The translations under genes and the position numbers were made by a program. A DNA stretch of 64,000 nucleotides from Paramecium tetraurelia (taxonomy: Eukaryota), in the NCBI GenBank assembly GCA_000165425.1, contig CT868274.1, positions 186,001 through 250,000 of the forward strand, written 5' to 3'. Each line of letters opens with the position of its first letter. Position 1 is the first letter of the stretch. Under the pieces are notes generated by a model. The model was not told where the DNA came from and did no database searches. It saw nothing but the letters and a program-made list of their open reading frames with translations. Below are positions 14,691 to 26,963 of the stretch, in pieces.

Positions 14691-15796
14691 TCAAATTATT
14701 TTGATTTTTAGCAAGACCCTTCCTATTTATATTTCTTAAACTTCCTTTAGTAGTTGTAGTTTGTTTTAAATGATCCTCAAAGTTCCAAACTTACTGCCTT
14801 GATCTTATATGTACCAGAATTTTTCATATGAGATATTGGCATGATTTCTTGAGACTGAGATATCTTAACATCTAATCTCACTATTGTGTCCTCTACCAAT
14901 GGATACAGAACATGTCCCAAAAGCATGCATAAATGTCAGACTTTTTGATAGACTCTCCTGTCGTGTGATCTATTCAAGAATAATGTAAGGACCGTCTAAT
15001 TTTTCGACTTGTATCATTTGAAGGGGTTCTGGTTGATTTTCAATATAAACACGAGCGGGGAGGGGATCTTTGCAAACCTGCCTGAATTTGAATAACTTAC
15101 ATCGCATTCCAAGACCTTATTCCAATGATATTGAACTGTATTCTATGTTTATTTGCATGAAATTCGATTTTGAAAATTAACCCATGACTTCAAACATTCA
15201 AAATGAACATAAGCCATTAATCCCTTACAACTACACAAATCTTGGAGAAATGGATTTTTTGGGTCTTCGGTTTATTCTTAATCGTCCATCAAACAAAACC
15301 TGCACTGTCTTGGGTCTTTTTTCTTTTGGATTGTAATATGTCTTTCTAAATTATAATGATCGTCGGCCATCATTACTTTATCGCCATTGTTCAACTCAGA
15401 TACAAAATATTCCCTTGTATTTAGGGTAACTTTTACATTCTTCCAAATTTAAAAAGATCACCGACTAATAACTATTGTTTTTATTTTGGATCTAATTTCA
15501 CATACGCATCTTAAAAATCTGAATTACTTTAAAAATCTACAAATGCATTATCTATTTACATATAGCATTGCCTTCAAAACTTATTGAGCCAATACAATCG
15601 CCATAAAATTTATCAGATTAGACTATTGTGTCAGAATTATCTTCTGTTATAATATAAATTAGATGTATGTACCATTTAAAATTAAGTTTGTTGTGTTTTT
15701 TACATTAATTTTAGAAGTCTTTAGTTCTTTAGATTCATAATCGAATAATCCATGATTGTTGTGAGTCCAAGTTGCAATTTCGATTGAAACCTGCAT
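14691..15796 (-). CDS. RINGv (MARCH-type) zinc finger plus FHA domain protein, putative E3 ligase
   Basis: N-terminal TWTHNNHGLFDYES; RINGv CRFC...CSCKG...VHFECLKSW...CDVCK; FHA IGRGHNSEIRCQDISVSRNHA...DQGSKFGT. Confidence 0.85.
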
Positions 15797-15833
15797 TAGA
15801 ATATTAAAATTATTTTATTAAAAAAATATTTAA

Positions 15834-16542
15834 ATGAACGAAGAATGGGAATATCGTAACAACTTGTAGTACACTAAAAATGAGATATTTCAAGTTCTTC
15901 TACTTAAGAACAACGTGTGGCTTAGTATAAGGGAAATTGAAGACATTCTGAAACAGAGACCAGATTATGGCTCAATTCATATTAAAATTAGAGATGCCAT
16001 TGAAGATTCAATGAACAACGATAAAAATAAAGATGAGTATCAAATTGTTAGTAACAAATTGTCCATTATGAATACTAATAATACTACAGGCAAATACAGA
16101 CTTAAAACAGAAAACATCAATGACAAAAAATAGTTGGAAGAATATTTCCAAGATAAAAAATGCATCTTGTATGTCAATCATATTTGGTTTGAATCAGTAA
16201 TTAATGATCAAAATTAATTAATAGTGTTATCCATAAATGAGATAAGACATCATTGCATTAGAATCGGAGGCTAAATTATTAGTTTCAAAGGGAAGAGACA
16301 ACAAAAAAACCTATATATACATTAATTCCAATTTTGCTAATTTTCAAGAAAAAGTGTAATTTAAAAAAGATAAAAGAATGATGTAGATGATTGATGAAGC
16401 TAAGAGTAATAACTAAGAAACTGTTGCTTCCAATCAACATCAGCGTTAAAATTAAATCAAAGCTTAAGAAACTTTTCGAAGAAACACTGCTATCTAAAAT
16501 TATTGGATTGCAGAATTATAGTAGGAATTATAAAGAAAATGA
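15834..16542 (+). CDS. Putative divergent TFIIE beta subunit (tandem winged helix)
   Basis: GKYRLKTENINDKKQLEEYF...ESCYPQMRQDIIALESEAKLLVSKGRDNKKTYIYIN resembles the TFIIE-beta/Tfa2 second winged helix as I recall it; one 28-nt intron. Confidence 0.5.
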
Positions 16543-16612
16543 AAATTAATTATAAATGAACCAAAATTCATTTTTTTATTTTCAAAAATGATTAGTAATT
16601 AATATAATCCAG

Positions 16613-18781
16613 TCACTTTATCGATTTTAATGAAACATTAGACTTTAGTCGCAATTCTTAGGAAGTTTTACAATTTGGCTTAGGATATTTGGCAATATGA
16701 TATAGATTTGAGGACTCTTTTGAAGGTGTAATACCCTTGACAACACTATTGTTAAAACTATTCACTGTTGGCTCTTTACGCAACTTTGAAAATTGATTTA
16801 AAGATTTTGAAATTGCCAAAATGCCTCCATTTGAACTTCTTCTACTAACATCATTCTTTTGAGGGGATTTGCTAAACTAGAATTAAGAGGCCTCAATCTA
16901 TTTTTTCTATTCCTACAATTGAATCAACATATTGTTGAGTTGCAATATTTCTTGTTCTAATAAAGCCTTATTAGGTTTGTCCTTTGATAATAGTTACTCT
17001 TGAGTGTTCTCAATAGCTAGCTTAGTTGCACTCAAACATCTCTATAATTCTGCCTCTTAACTATTAAAATAATCAATTTTTCTCTTAAACTCCTACTCCA
17101 AATATTAAATGTCCAATTCTATTTTAGTTTAACGATCTATGTACGGTCTTTCGCTTCCACTTAATTTATCTAATTCTTTTTTTGCATTATTTATTGATTA
17201 TCCAATATTCTTTAATTATGGGAGTATCTCCTAATCAACCATTTAAATATTTATCTTAATTGCTTAATCGAAGAGATAATACTATTAAAGTACTTTATAA
17301 GTGTTATTAAATTATTCCTAATTAAATAGAATTCTATTTTACTTCTTCTTAATCTTGCATTAATTGCTGCATCTATTTGAAGGTCTAATCAAGAATAGAC
17401 CTGTATTCTACATTCCCAAATTCATTTAAGATGTGAGTAAGTTCCTGTTCATTTTAATCCTAATATTGTTGAAATGCTTCCTCGCTTTATTAACTAACTC
17501 TTTCTTAAAATTAATCATATAATCTATTCTAGAAATAGATAGTTACATTTCTCTTCTATAGAGTGCTTAAGATTTTTCCTCTTCAAATTCCTTAATCTAT
17601 TATTTTTTCACTTCCACTTAATAATCGATAGTGCAAACTTCATTTGATAGTAGTTACTCATCACCATATTGCTTTAAACTATGTTTTAAATCCTATTTTA
17701 ATAATTATTCATTACAGACAATTAGTTTTAGCTTTGTCTTTGGGATAAAGAAGCAAAAATGAATTGTTCCAATTGAAATACAAATTCCTTCATGCTTCCC
17801 CAATTGTTTCCTTGGTTTCCTTATTTAAATAGGGTATTTCTAAATTACTATATAAAACTAGTCAGTTTAGTCTGAAATTCGATTGACTCCAGATGAATAG
17901 GCTAACTTCCATAGTAAACTATAAATTCATTTAGAATAGAATCTGGATGTTAAAGATTCAAACTTTTTTAAATAGGTACAATTTTGTTCTTTAAATATTT
18001 GACCTTCTGGGTTTATTAATGTACTTAAACTTCAAGTAATGTAGTTTGATTATATGAAGATAATTATTTCTTTTTCTCGTCCTATTGAAAATAGAGCAAT
18101 TAAATTTGATTTGTTATATTATTAATATTTTTAGCAATATCTTAGGTCTTTTGATCACATTGATAAATGGATTCAACAATTTCAGTGAGTTAAGGATGAT
18201 CATTTTTAATTTGCTCCACAAATTCTTCTAATTCCTCTTTCTAACCAACTAATTCTGCTCTTTGCAACAGTTTTGCATTCAAATCTTCTTTTAACATTGC
18301 TTTGGTTTCCAAGATTGAATTATAAGTTTGATGAACTTCACCTCTGTCTTTGATGAATTATTGATGTTCTTGAGTGACTAATTCATATTGTGATTTCAGC
18401 TTATTGAATTCAGTTTCATAATAATCATAAAGCGTAGATTATTATTTATCAATATCACTTTGCATTTACTGATAGCTAAATTATACATTCATAGTACTTT
18501 TATTCCTCCATGCGCAAATCTTGAAGTTTGTTTTGAAATAATTGTTAATCAATTGAGCAAGTTGATTCACCAAGTAAAGTAGTTATCTTCTACTTGATAT
18601 TGCATTAATATTAAATTATTTTGTGATCAATCTACTCCAATTAATCTTGCAGATAATCAGATCCACTGTTTAAAACCTCATTGATAAGCTTATGTGAAAT
18701 GTTGCTTTTTCTGATGATTGGACAATGTTTTGGAGAGTTCTCCTTATTTGAATGCTTATAAGATGGACTATCTGTTAGCAT
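16613..18781 (-). CDS. Long coiled-coil protein of unknown function
   Basis: ATG 18781 (MLTDSPSYKHSNKENSPK), Q/E/K/L-rich frame, S/T-rich tail ending at TGA 16613; internal intron structure not fully traced. Confidence 0.7.
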
Positions 18782-19059
18782 TCAATTTTAACGATAATTA
18801 ATAAAATTTTGCTCCTTTTTTTCTAAACAAATATACAACAAAACATTTTCAAATTGAAATTCCCCAATCCAAAATCCGTATTAGTTGAGCACAGTTCTTA
18901 CTTTTTTGTATTTTGAATTCAGCAGTGTTATCAGAAATGGTAAAAAATTATATACATCCATTTTTAAATAACATAGATTAGATCATTCATTCAATAGTAT
19001 AAGCAGAAAAGAGAGGGAATAAATCTGAGCACGATTTTATTTTGTTAACTTTAATTAAA

Positions 19060-20578
19060 TCATAATTTGAATGCTTTCATTAAAGGATATAAATTCAAAC
19101 CTTGTTCTCTTGTTTCCTCAACCTACTATTTCGCCCAACTTATAAATGTATCTCTATCCTATTAAGCCCTCTATTCCATTTATTTGGATTACTTAAGTTC
19201 ATTCATATATTAATCCCTTCTCGCTTATTTTTTTTGTTCCTTAATTTAATAATCACAATACTATTTAAATTTTCTAATAATCCAGTAATTCTTTATTGCG
19301 TTATCTCAGGATTTCTTTTTATTATTCTTCTATTTCAGTCAATTATTGCAATGCATTTATTTTGGTCACCTACTCTTTTTGTACATCAACCTCATCCTTC
19401 TCTTTGGCAGTTTCCCTCAACTTCAATTATCTTTATCGAAAAGCTGCTCCCTCTTTTATCATTTAAATCTTCTCCAATTCCTTTTGTCTTACTACTTCTT
19501 CCTCGTGTCTTTACAACTCCTCAGCATGCTTCTGAACTATTTGCATATAATTATCTTCTTATTCTTTCAATTGCACTACTCTCATATCATATATCTTTTA
19601 TTTAAGTTGCATTTAACGCTCTAATTTTTATGCTTCCTAATAAATTAGATTAAAATGTACTCTTTATTTTCTCATCTCTAGAACTCTTTCCTTTTTACTA
19701 TCAAAATGATCTCTATCCTTTGCTTCCTTATCTAACATTTTATATTCCTCTTCCTGTATAGATTATTTAACTTCCATAAATTTCTATCTTTCTGCTAATA
19801 GTTTTTACTTCTTCAACATCTCCTCCTGCTTCTTCTTTCTAATAATATATTCATAGATACTCTTTTTCCTATTCTTCCTGTTCTGCTTATCTTTTTATCA
19901 ATTAACCTTCCTATTGCAATTTTGTATATTCCTTAAAATACTTCTCCTTCATCTCATTATGTTATTTTGCTAAGACAGCATAATTCTCTCTCTTTAATTA
20001 ATCTTTTTATTGAGTCGTCTCTAACTCAGCTTATTCTTCCATTAACCTTTTCTCTTCAAGATCCTTTTACCTTTCAGCTTCAAGGGTCATTTGCATTTCT
20101 TGCCTTTCCTTATTAAACCGAAAAAGAGCATCATTAATTTTCTCATTCTCACTCATTAGCATTTTTGACTTCATATTGCGTACACTAAAAATCGTTTTTT
20201 GAATTACTCTCCCCTTTGACTAAATATCTTGTTATTAGCATCAACAACTTAATCCTACTTTAATTTCTCCTGATATTCAGTTTCAACCTTGTCCATCTTC
20301 CTTTTCTCTTCCTCCTCAATCTAAAATTTCTCGAACTTCTCCTTCTCCTTCTAAGATCTTTGTTTCTCAATTCTCTATGCCCAAACCCTTTGGTTATTGT
20401 CAATACTCTAATTGAAATGATTAAGTTATACTTTCTTAGATTTTTGTTCAGTGAGACTAATATGTGATCTAATTTATTCAAGTTCAGAAGCACCTAAAAC
20501 AGTATGACCTTGCTTAATTGAAGGCAACTAAACTGACTTTAATTTTGCATCACTTTCTTCAGATTTATACCTTTACAT
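19060..20578 (-). CDS. Trichohyalin-plectin-homology (TPH)-type ciliary coiled-coil protein (CFAP210/CFAP45-like)
   Basis: Highly charged E/K/R/Q helix-forming sequence; C-terminus EETREQGLNLYPLMKAFKL resembles TPH microtubule inner proteins; family call tentative. Confidence 0.6.
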
Positions 20579-21132
20579 TATATAATAATAAATATCGATT
20601 AATGAATTCACATACTTTCTAATAATTCTAAGCAGCTAATCAAGGCATTCTTAAAATAGTGTACCTTTTACAATATTGATACTTAATATTAATGTTTTTC
20701 CTATATTATTATTTAGTTAATAAAATGAAGTAATTTGTCTAAATAGTTTCCAATAAAAGATAAATTGTGCTTTTAAAAGGGAGAACTATTAATCTTGTTA
20801 TCCATTTTTTTTTATATAGACAGATCTGGTGTTCGAAATTGTAGATTAGCAATCAATTAATCTACAGAAATGCCCAAATTTCAACAATTAACGTTTCAAT
20901 TGTTCGTAAACAACTTTAGTTAAAATGCAGATAAAGGAAAACTTGATTGCACAATATTTCCATAAATAAATATCTCAAATATAAAATGAACATTGAACAT
21001 TGAACAATCATTCCATTGAAATAAATACATGAGAGGATAGTCATAGAAAAAGCGATGGAAATCTTTCATTGATGATATTAATTATCATTATATAAATTGA
21101 TTGAATACAATTTAAAATCTTAATTAAATATT

Positions 21133-21485
21133 ATGAGTAAAAAGATTACCCTTTTCGTATTATTGGCATGCGTAGTTTGCATAGCTACATTGATGTTTTC
21201 CTTCTCAGCCCAAGGTATGGATCATAAATATAAGTAGATGGAGAATTAAAAATGAAGAAAAGTCATTCTTTCTCTGCATCAAAGAATCATGAATGGATGG
21301 ATGGATATTGGTCATCAGATACAGATTGTTAAGCTAAATGCAAAAGTGCTGGAGGAATGAGTTGTGGTAACTACCAATAAAATTGCTGTGTCGGTGCTAA
21401 GTGCAGAGAAGAAGAAAATTTCTTCTCTACATCTTTGATTTGTGATCAAAGAATTCCAGTACAAGGATGTACAACTCCAAAATGA
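21133..21485 (+). CDS. Small secreted cysteine-rich peptide precursor (109 aa)
   Basis: Signal-like MSKKITLFVLLACVVCIATLMFSFSA, 23-nt intron 21215-21237, mature region with 8 Cys including a CC pair, TGA 21483-21485. Confidence 0.8.
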
Positions 21486-22416
21486 TATACACATTAAATT
21501 ATGATATTAAAATTCCCTCAGTTCAATGTTACTCAAGCATTTCCTCTATTTGTTCGATTCTGTAAAGAATGGAATAATCCAATTATAGATTATTATGAAA
21601 AGGCTTAAAATTAACATAATTACAATTGTCGTTTATCATAATAATTTATATATAACATTCTTATCAACTAATTAACTGTCTTTGCGCATAATAATCCTAT
21701 ATAAATAAATGTTCAAATGCATGTTCTGTAGGGATATTGATTGAATAATAACAGAGAAGATAAAATTGTATGAAACAATTATTAATTAGACAAAATAAGT
21801 AACCATAAGCCATATTTTACCTGAATTATATAAATATCAAGACCTAACTCACGATTAATTTAATAATCTAACTTCATAATTACTATACCTTGATATTAGC
21901 GTAATACAACTAATTTTATAATAAAGATACTACTATCAAATTAATATGTATCCTCAGCTTTACATTCAAAAATTCTCTTTCTTTACATTTAATTGAAAGT
22001 TAATTCGTAATTTTCCTATTATTGAATAGATAGGATTTTACATATTATACTAGCTTTTAAGTGGATCCTAGAATTTCAAACTAACACTATCACGAATTTA
22101 GTTAATCATCAATTTATCCCATAATTAAGGTTTAAAACACTCTATTATATTTTATAATTAGATATCTCTTTATATGATATGCATTTATCTTCGCTATTAT
22201 TATTATTTGATTAATAATCAAAATTCGCTTATATCATCATTTTACAATTAAGGATTTACGTTTTTTTAGGTTAATTTATAGAGTTTTTAAAATGTTCATA
22301 GTAAAAAGATTAAGAGGCCACTTATAATATTAATATTGATTCAATAGAGGATATTTAATAATAAATATAATTAATTAAATTATGAATCCTTGATGAGGAT
22401 ACTTGTTGGTTTGCCA

Positions 22417-22683
22417 TCAATACAATTCTTTCAATTTGTAATAAACCTATGGTTGCAATTAACTATCGAGGAATTTATTGATGTAGGATCCAATTTTGAT
22501 CTTTTTGACATATCCAGCACTTGATGATGATTCAATTGAAGCAGAAGTAGATGTTTCATTTGGTTCCCATACTTACCGAATAAAATCAAACTCATTCTTG
22601 TTTCCAGAGTCAATAATTTCTTAAATAATCTCATCATTAGTTTTCTTGGCTGCTTTTCTCAAATTATTTGCCTCTGAATTCAT
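22417..22683 (-). CDS. Small hypothetical protein (88 aa)
   Basis: MNSEANNLRKAAKKTNDEIIQEIIDSG...KLKELY*; coding-like composition inside otherwise very AT-rich spacer DNA. Confidence 0.5.
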
Positions 22684-23494
22684 TATAATAATAAATAAAA
22701 TAAAAATCAGAGTTATTTTTGATTTCATAGCACACATTCATCAGATAAATTTTACGATAAATAAACGTAGTTTGAAAATATTTAACACAAAAAATTAGAT
22801 ATAAATCACCTAAGCCTTTTTTATAATCTCCTTTTATTATATGTAATGATGAGAAACTCTAATCAAAAACTAAATTTATTAGGAACTCATAAAATAACCA
22901 TTTATTCAATAAAATAGATGCTAGGATTGTTTCTAATTTTATTTAACAGTGGAATATCAAAATATTGCTTATCAATCATTTAGAAATTCATTTAATCAAT
23001 TAGATTAAACTCCTGTTCCTATTTTTAGATAAAAATTAAACCTCATTCAAATTTGAAATTGTTTAAGTTAAAATTAGTAGTATCTTCATATACTTTTGAT
23101 TTTGATATATTCCTTTTCGTCAAAATTGTACTCACAGAAGGGAAATTTAAGACATTTTTGATTAAAACAGAAATAATATTCATATATAAAAATCATTAAT
23201 TTTTATTTATATTATAAATTAAATTAGTGATACTTATTCTTTTTTTTGATACTGTCTTAGGTTTATAAACCTTATAGATTTATATAATATTTTTACAACT
23301 TATAAGTTTAGATTTAATTTCTTTATTATAGTTTCTATTATTCTTAATGTTTTAATATGCATATTGAAATGGTTATGATTTTTAGAATTAGATAATATTC
23401 TCTTTATCTAATTATGACTATGCAACACAAAAAGTAGTCCCTAATAAAAATTATGATTTTAAAATAATTTAAAAAAGTATTTTATTTTTCTTTT

Positions 23495-25475
23495 ATGCTC
23501 CAACAACTAAATAAAGAAGTAATATAAGATGCGATGAATAGGTCTTATTGAAAAGAAGAGAAGCTTTGGAATAAGTAATAAAAAGGAGATTTATTTATTA
23601 ACCTGCTTTTTCACTTTATGGAGGAGTGGCAGGATTATATGATTATGGACCTGTAGGATGTGCAATTAAAACAAATATTGAGCAATATTGGAGAGAGCAC
23701 TTTATAATAGAGGAGGACTTATTTGAAATAGCTGCAACCATCCTAACTCCAGAACCAGTATTGAAAGCATCAGGACACGTGGATAGATTTACAGATCTCT
23801 TGGTTTGTGATAGTAAGACAGGAACAGGATACAGAGCTGATAAGATAGTGACCGAGGTATTGATATTTGAATTGATTCATTAGACATTGGAAAATAGAAT
23901 AGCAAAAGAAGGAGATAAGTTGGCTGCTGATGTCAAAGCTAGATATTTGGCTGTCATTAAGGATGTGGATACCTTTAAGGAAGATAAGATGAAAGAAGTC
24001 ATTGCTGAATTATAGATAAAGGCACCTGAAACTGGAAATGATGTAAATAAGATGTGAAATGATTTTAGTTAACAGATCCAACTCCATTTAACTTAATGTT
24101 ACCCACTATTATTGGACCATCAACAAAGCTTCCTGCTTTTTTGAGACCTGAAACTGCTTAAGGAATGTTTCTTAATTTTGCTAGATTATTGGAATAGAAT
24201 GGAGGAAGGGTGCCATTTGGAGCAGCTCAAATTGGATTGGGATTCAGAAATGAAATAGCTCCAAGAGGAGGACTCTTGAGATGTAGAGAATTTTAGATGG
24301 CTGAGATTGAATACTTTGTTGATCCTACTGAGAAATCCACATTTAAGAAATTTAATAAATACATCAATTTAGAAATACCTTTGTTATCCAGATAATTATA
24401 AGCTGAAGCAAAATAACATCAACCTTTTAAGATGGGAGATGCTGTCAAAGAAGGAATTATCAATAATGAAACACTTGCTTATTTCATTTGCAGAACTTAT
24501 CTTTATTTAGTTGAAATTGGAATCAATCCAGTTAACATTAGATTCAGATAACATCAAGCAGATGAAATGGCTCATTATTCATCTGATTGTTGGGATGCAG
24601 AAATTGAAATGTCTAGTGGTTGGGTTGAATGTGTTGGATTAGCTGATAGATCTGCTTATGATCTCAATGCTCATTCAGAAGCCACAGGATAAAAGTTATA
24701 AGCAGCTCGTAAATTCAAAGTTCCATAACCAAGACAAGTTTTATAAGTCACATTGGATAAATAGAAAATTGGAAAAGAATTGAAGAAGGACGGAATGGCT
24801 TTGATTAAATATGTTGAAGCATTGCCTGATGATGAAAAATAGGAATTATCTGATTATTTCTAAAATCATGAAGACAAAGTCTTCAATATTGATGGAAAAG
24901 ACTTAACTCTCAACAGATAGTTGGTTAAATTTGAATAGAAGACCATGAATGTTATGGAAGAAAAGTTTATTCCTCATGTAATTGAACCAGCATTTGGAAT
25001 TGGAAGAATATTATAAGCTATCATTGAGCATTCATTCAATTAGAGAGATGATCCTCAAAAGACCTTTTTCAAATTCTCCCCAAGAGTTGCTCCAGTCAAA
25101 TGTTCAATCCTTTCTGTTGTCCAAAGTGAAGAATTTGATAATGTCATCTTTGAATTAAGTAACCATTTATATAAATCTTTAGCTTCATCTCTTAAGAAAT
25201 TGGGAATCTCTTGCAAAACTGATAATGCTGGAGTTGCATTAGGAAAGAAATATGCCAGAACTGATGAAATCGGAATTCCTTTCGCTATCACAGTAGATAA
25301 AGAAACACTCACTGCTTAATCAGTGACATTAAGAGAAATTGAAACAACTAAATAAGTCAGAGTTCCTATTGCTGAAGTACCAAGACTTATTCTTGAATTG
25401 AGTGCTGGACTAATTCTATGGACTGATGTTTTAACTAAATATCCTCTTTTTGCTGCTAAAGAAGAAGAAGCTTGA
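23495..25475 (+). CDS. GARS: Glycyl-tRNA synthetase (eukaryotic homodimeric type)
   Basis: [69 protein letters not shown], anticodon-binding domain [14 protein letters not shown]; three short introns. Confidence 0.97.
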
Positions 25476-25789
25476 GTATTATTAAACATTAAATCATGTA
25501 TGTTCTTTAAATTTCAAATTCCATTACTAATTTTATTTGATCAAAGTTAAATTAGGAAAATGAGTAAATACTAAAATTATCCTAAATCCAATCGGATTAT
25601 TTAAAATACAAGGTGAGAAGCATCCATTATTATTGATATTAACTTAATGATGAGGGTAGTTAAGAACCTCGATTGAGATTTTACATAATCATGATTGTAT
25701 CTTTAAAGGTTATAAAGAAATAAACAGAAATGTGAGTTATGTTATATTAAATATCGTTATATTGAAATAAATTAATCATATTAATTATA

Positions 25790-26696
25790 ATGAATAATAA
25801 AAAAGATCAAAATCTAACTGCTTAAGGTACATAATTAAAAGGAACAACCAAATAGCCAGCTCATCAAGTGCAATAATAAAAACCTGCTCAAGGTCATGCT
25901 CCTTAAAATTAGGCAGCTAACAAACAATAATAATAAAAACAAACAACTTAGCATCCTGCAAATACCAAGGTCCAACCTAAATAATAGTAGGCATAAGCAG
26001 CTTAACCTAAATAATAATAAGCATAAGCCCCTTAACCTCAATAATAATAACAGCAGTAATAATAATAGGTTCACCAAATTGCTCCAAAAAAGTTAGAACC
26101 AAAGAGAGCTATAAAGCTTTAGGCTATGTTAGGTGCTATGGATTAAGATAAAGAAGAGGGAAAGATTAGTTTGTTACTAGATAAAACAGGTAAATAATAT
26201 CAAAATGATATGTTAGGAAATGCCTATACTTTTTTTAAATATAAAGGAACCATCATAGATATATCTTAATTCGTGATTTCTGAATAGAATTAAGGTAAGA
26301 ATCATGAAGATAATGTTGAAAAAGCTAGAAAAGCAGTAGTATATGGTTTAGAGGTTGGTGATAATTTGGTATTCTCAACGGATCTTTAAACTACAAATTT
26401 GAATGAATTTTTTAAGTAAATGATAAATAAATTTCAGGTCTGATTGGTACAAACCAGAAGCAATCTTCAACTATCAAGAAATCACTAACCCAAAGTATTT
26501 TAGAGCGCATCTTTTAAAACCTGAAGAGGATAAGGATGGATTTGGAAATAAGGGATAATTTTGGCCTAAGAAAGAGTTACATATTGTCATATTATACACC
26601 TAAAAAGAGGGTGAATTAGACTTTGATTAATTTTTGACTAATTTGGGATTGGATAAATTGAAAAATCAATTTGCTATAACAATTATCGAAGATTGA
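25790..26696 (+). CDS. Protein with Q/P/A-rich N-terminus and an alpha/beta C-terminal domain (resembles the IQANK1 C-terminal region)
   Basis: Frame with two introns: ...SLLLDKTGNAYTFFKYKG...ARKAVVYGLEVGDNLVF...LLKPEEDKDGFGNKGQFWPKKELHIVIL...; TGA 26694-26696. Confidence 0.7.
25860..26070 (+). repeat. Low-complexity poly-Gln coding tract built from TAA/TAG/CAA/CAG codons
   Basis: Imperfect repeats such as caa cct aaa taa tag tag gca taa gca gct taa cct aaa taa taa taa gca taa (QPKQQQAQAAQPKQQQAQ). Confidence 0.8.
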
Positions 26697-26963
26697 TTTA
26701 TTAAATGATACATTGAAAAATATACAAAATAATTTAATTATTCAACCAAGTAAACTTCTAAGGTAGGATCAAAGCTTAAAAGTCTATTTAATCATTTAAA
26801 TTAATTTTAGTTTAAAAATTTTAAACTTTCATTAGATTTTGATGTTATCCTTCTTTTGCATATGTATCTATTGGTGGCTCTAAATAAGATGTTGGTATTT
26901 AAAGGCAATGATGTGAATTAAGGGTAGATTTATTAATTTTAATAAATTCGAATTGATTTTTAC

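Noticed and set aside
19102..19624. Plus-strand hydrophobic ORFs (167 aa and 92 aa) in the ORF track
   Set aside because: They are antisense shadows of the E/K/Q-rich coiled-coil gene on the minus strand.
20725..20946. Short plus-strand frame open under code 6
   Set aside because: With only one stop codon, frames of about 70 codons are common by chance; no motif, intron or coding-like composition.
20988..21010. Short tandem repeat (GAACATT about three times)
   Set aside because: Too short to interpret; not telomeric and not CRISPR-like.
25835..26096. Poly-Leu (minus) and poly-Asn (plus) ORFs in the track
   Set aside because: They are alternative-frame and antisense readings of the TAA-encoded poly-Gln tract.
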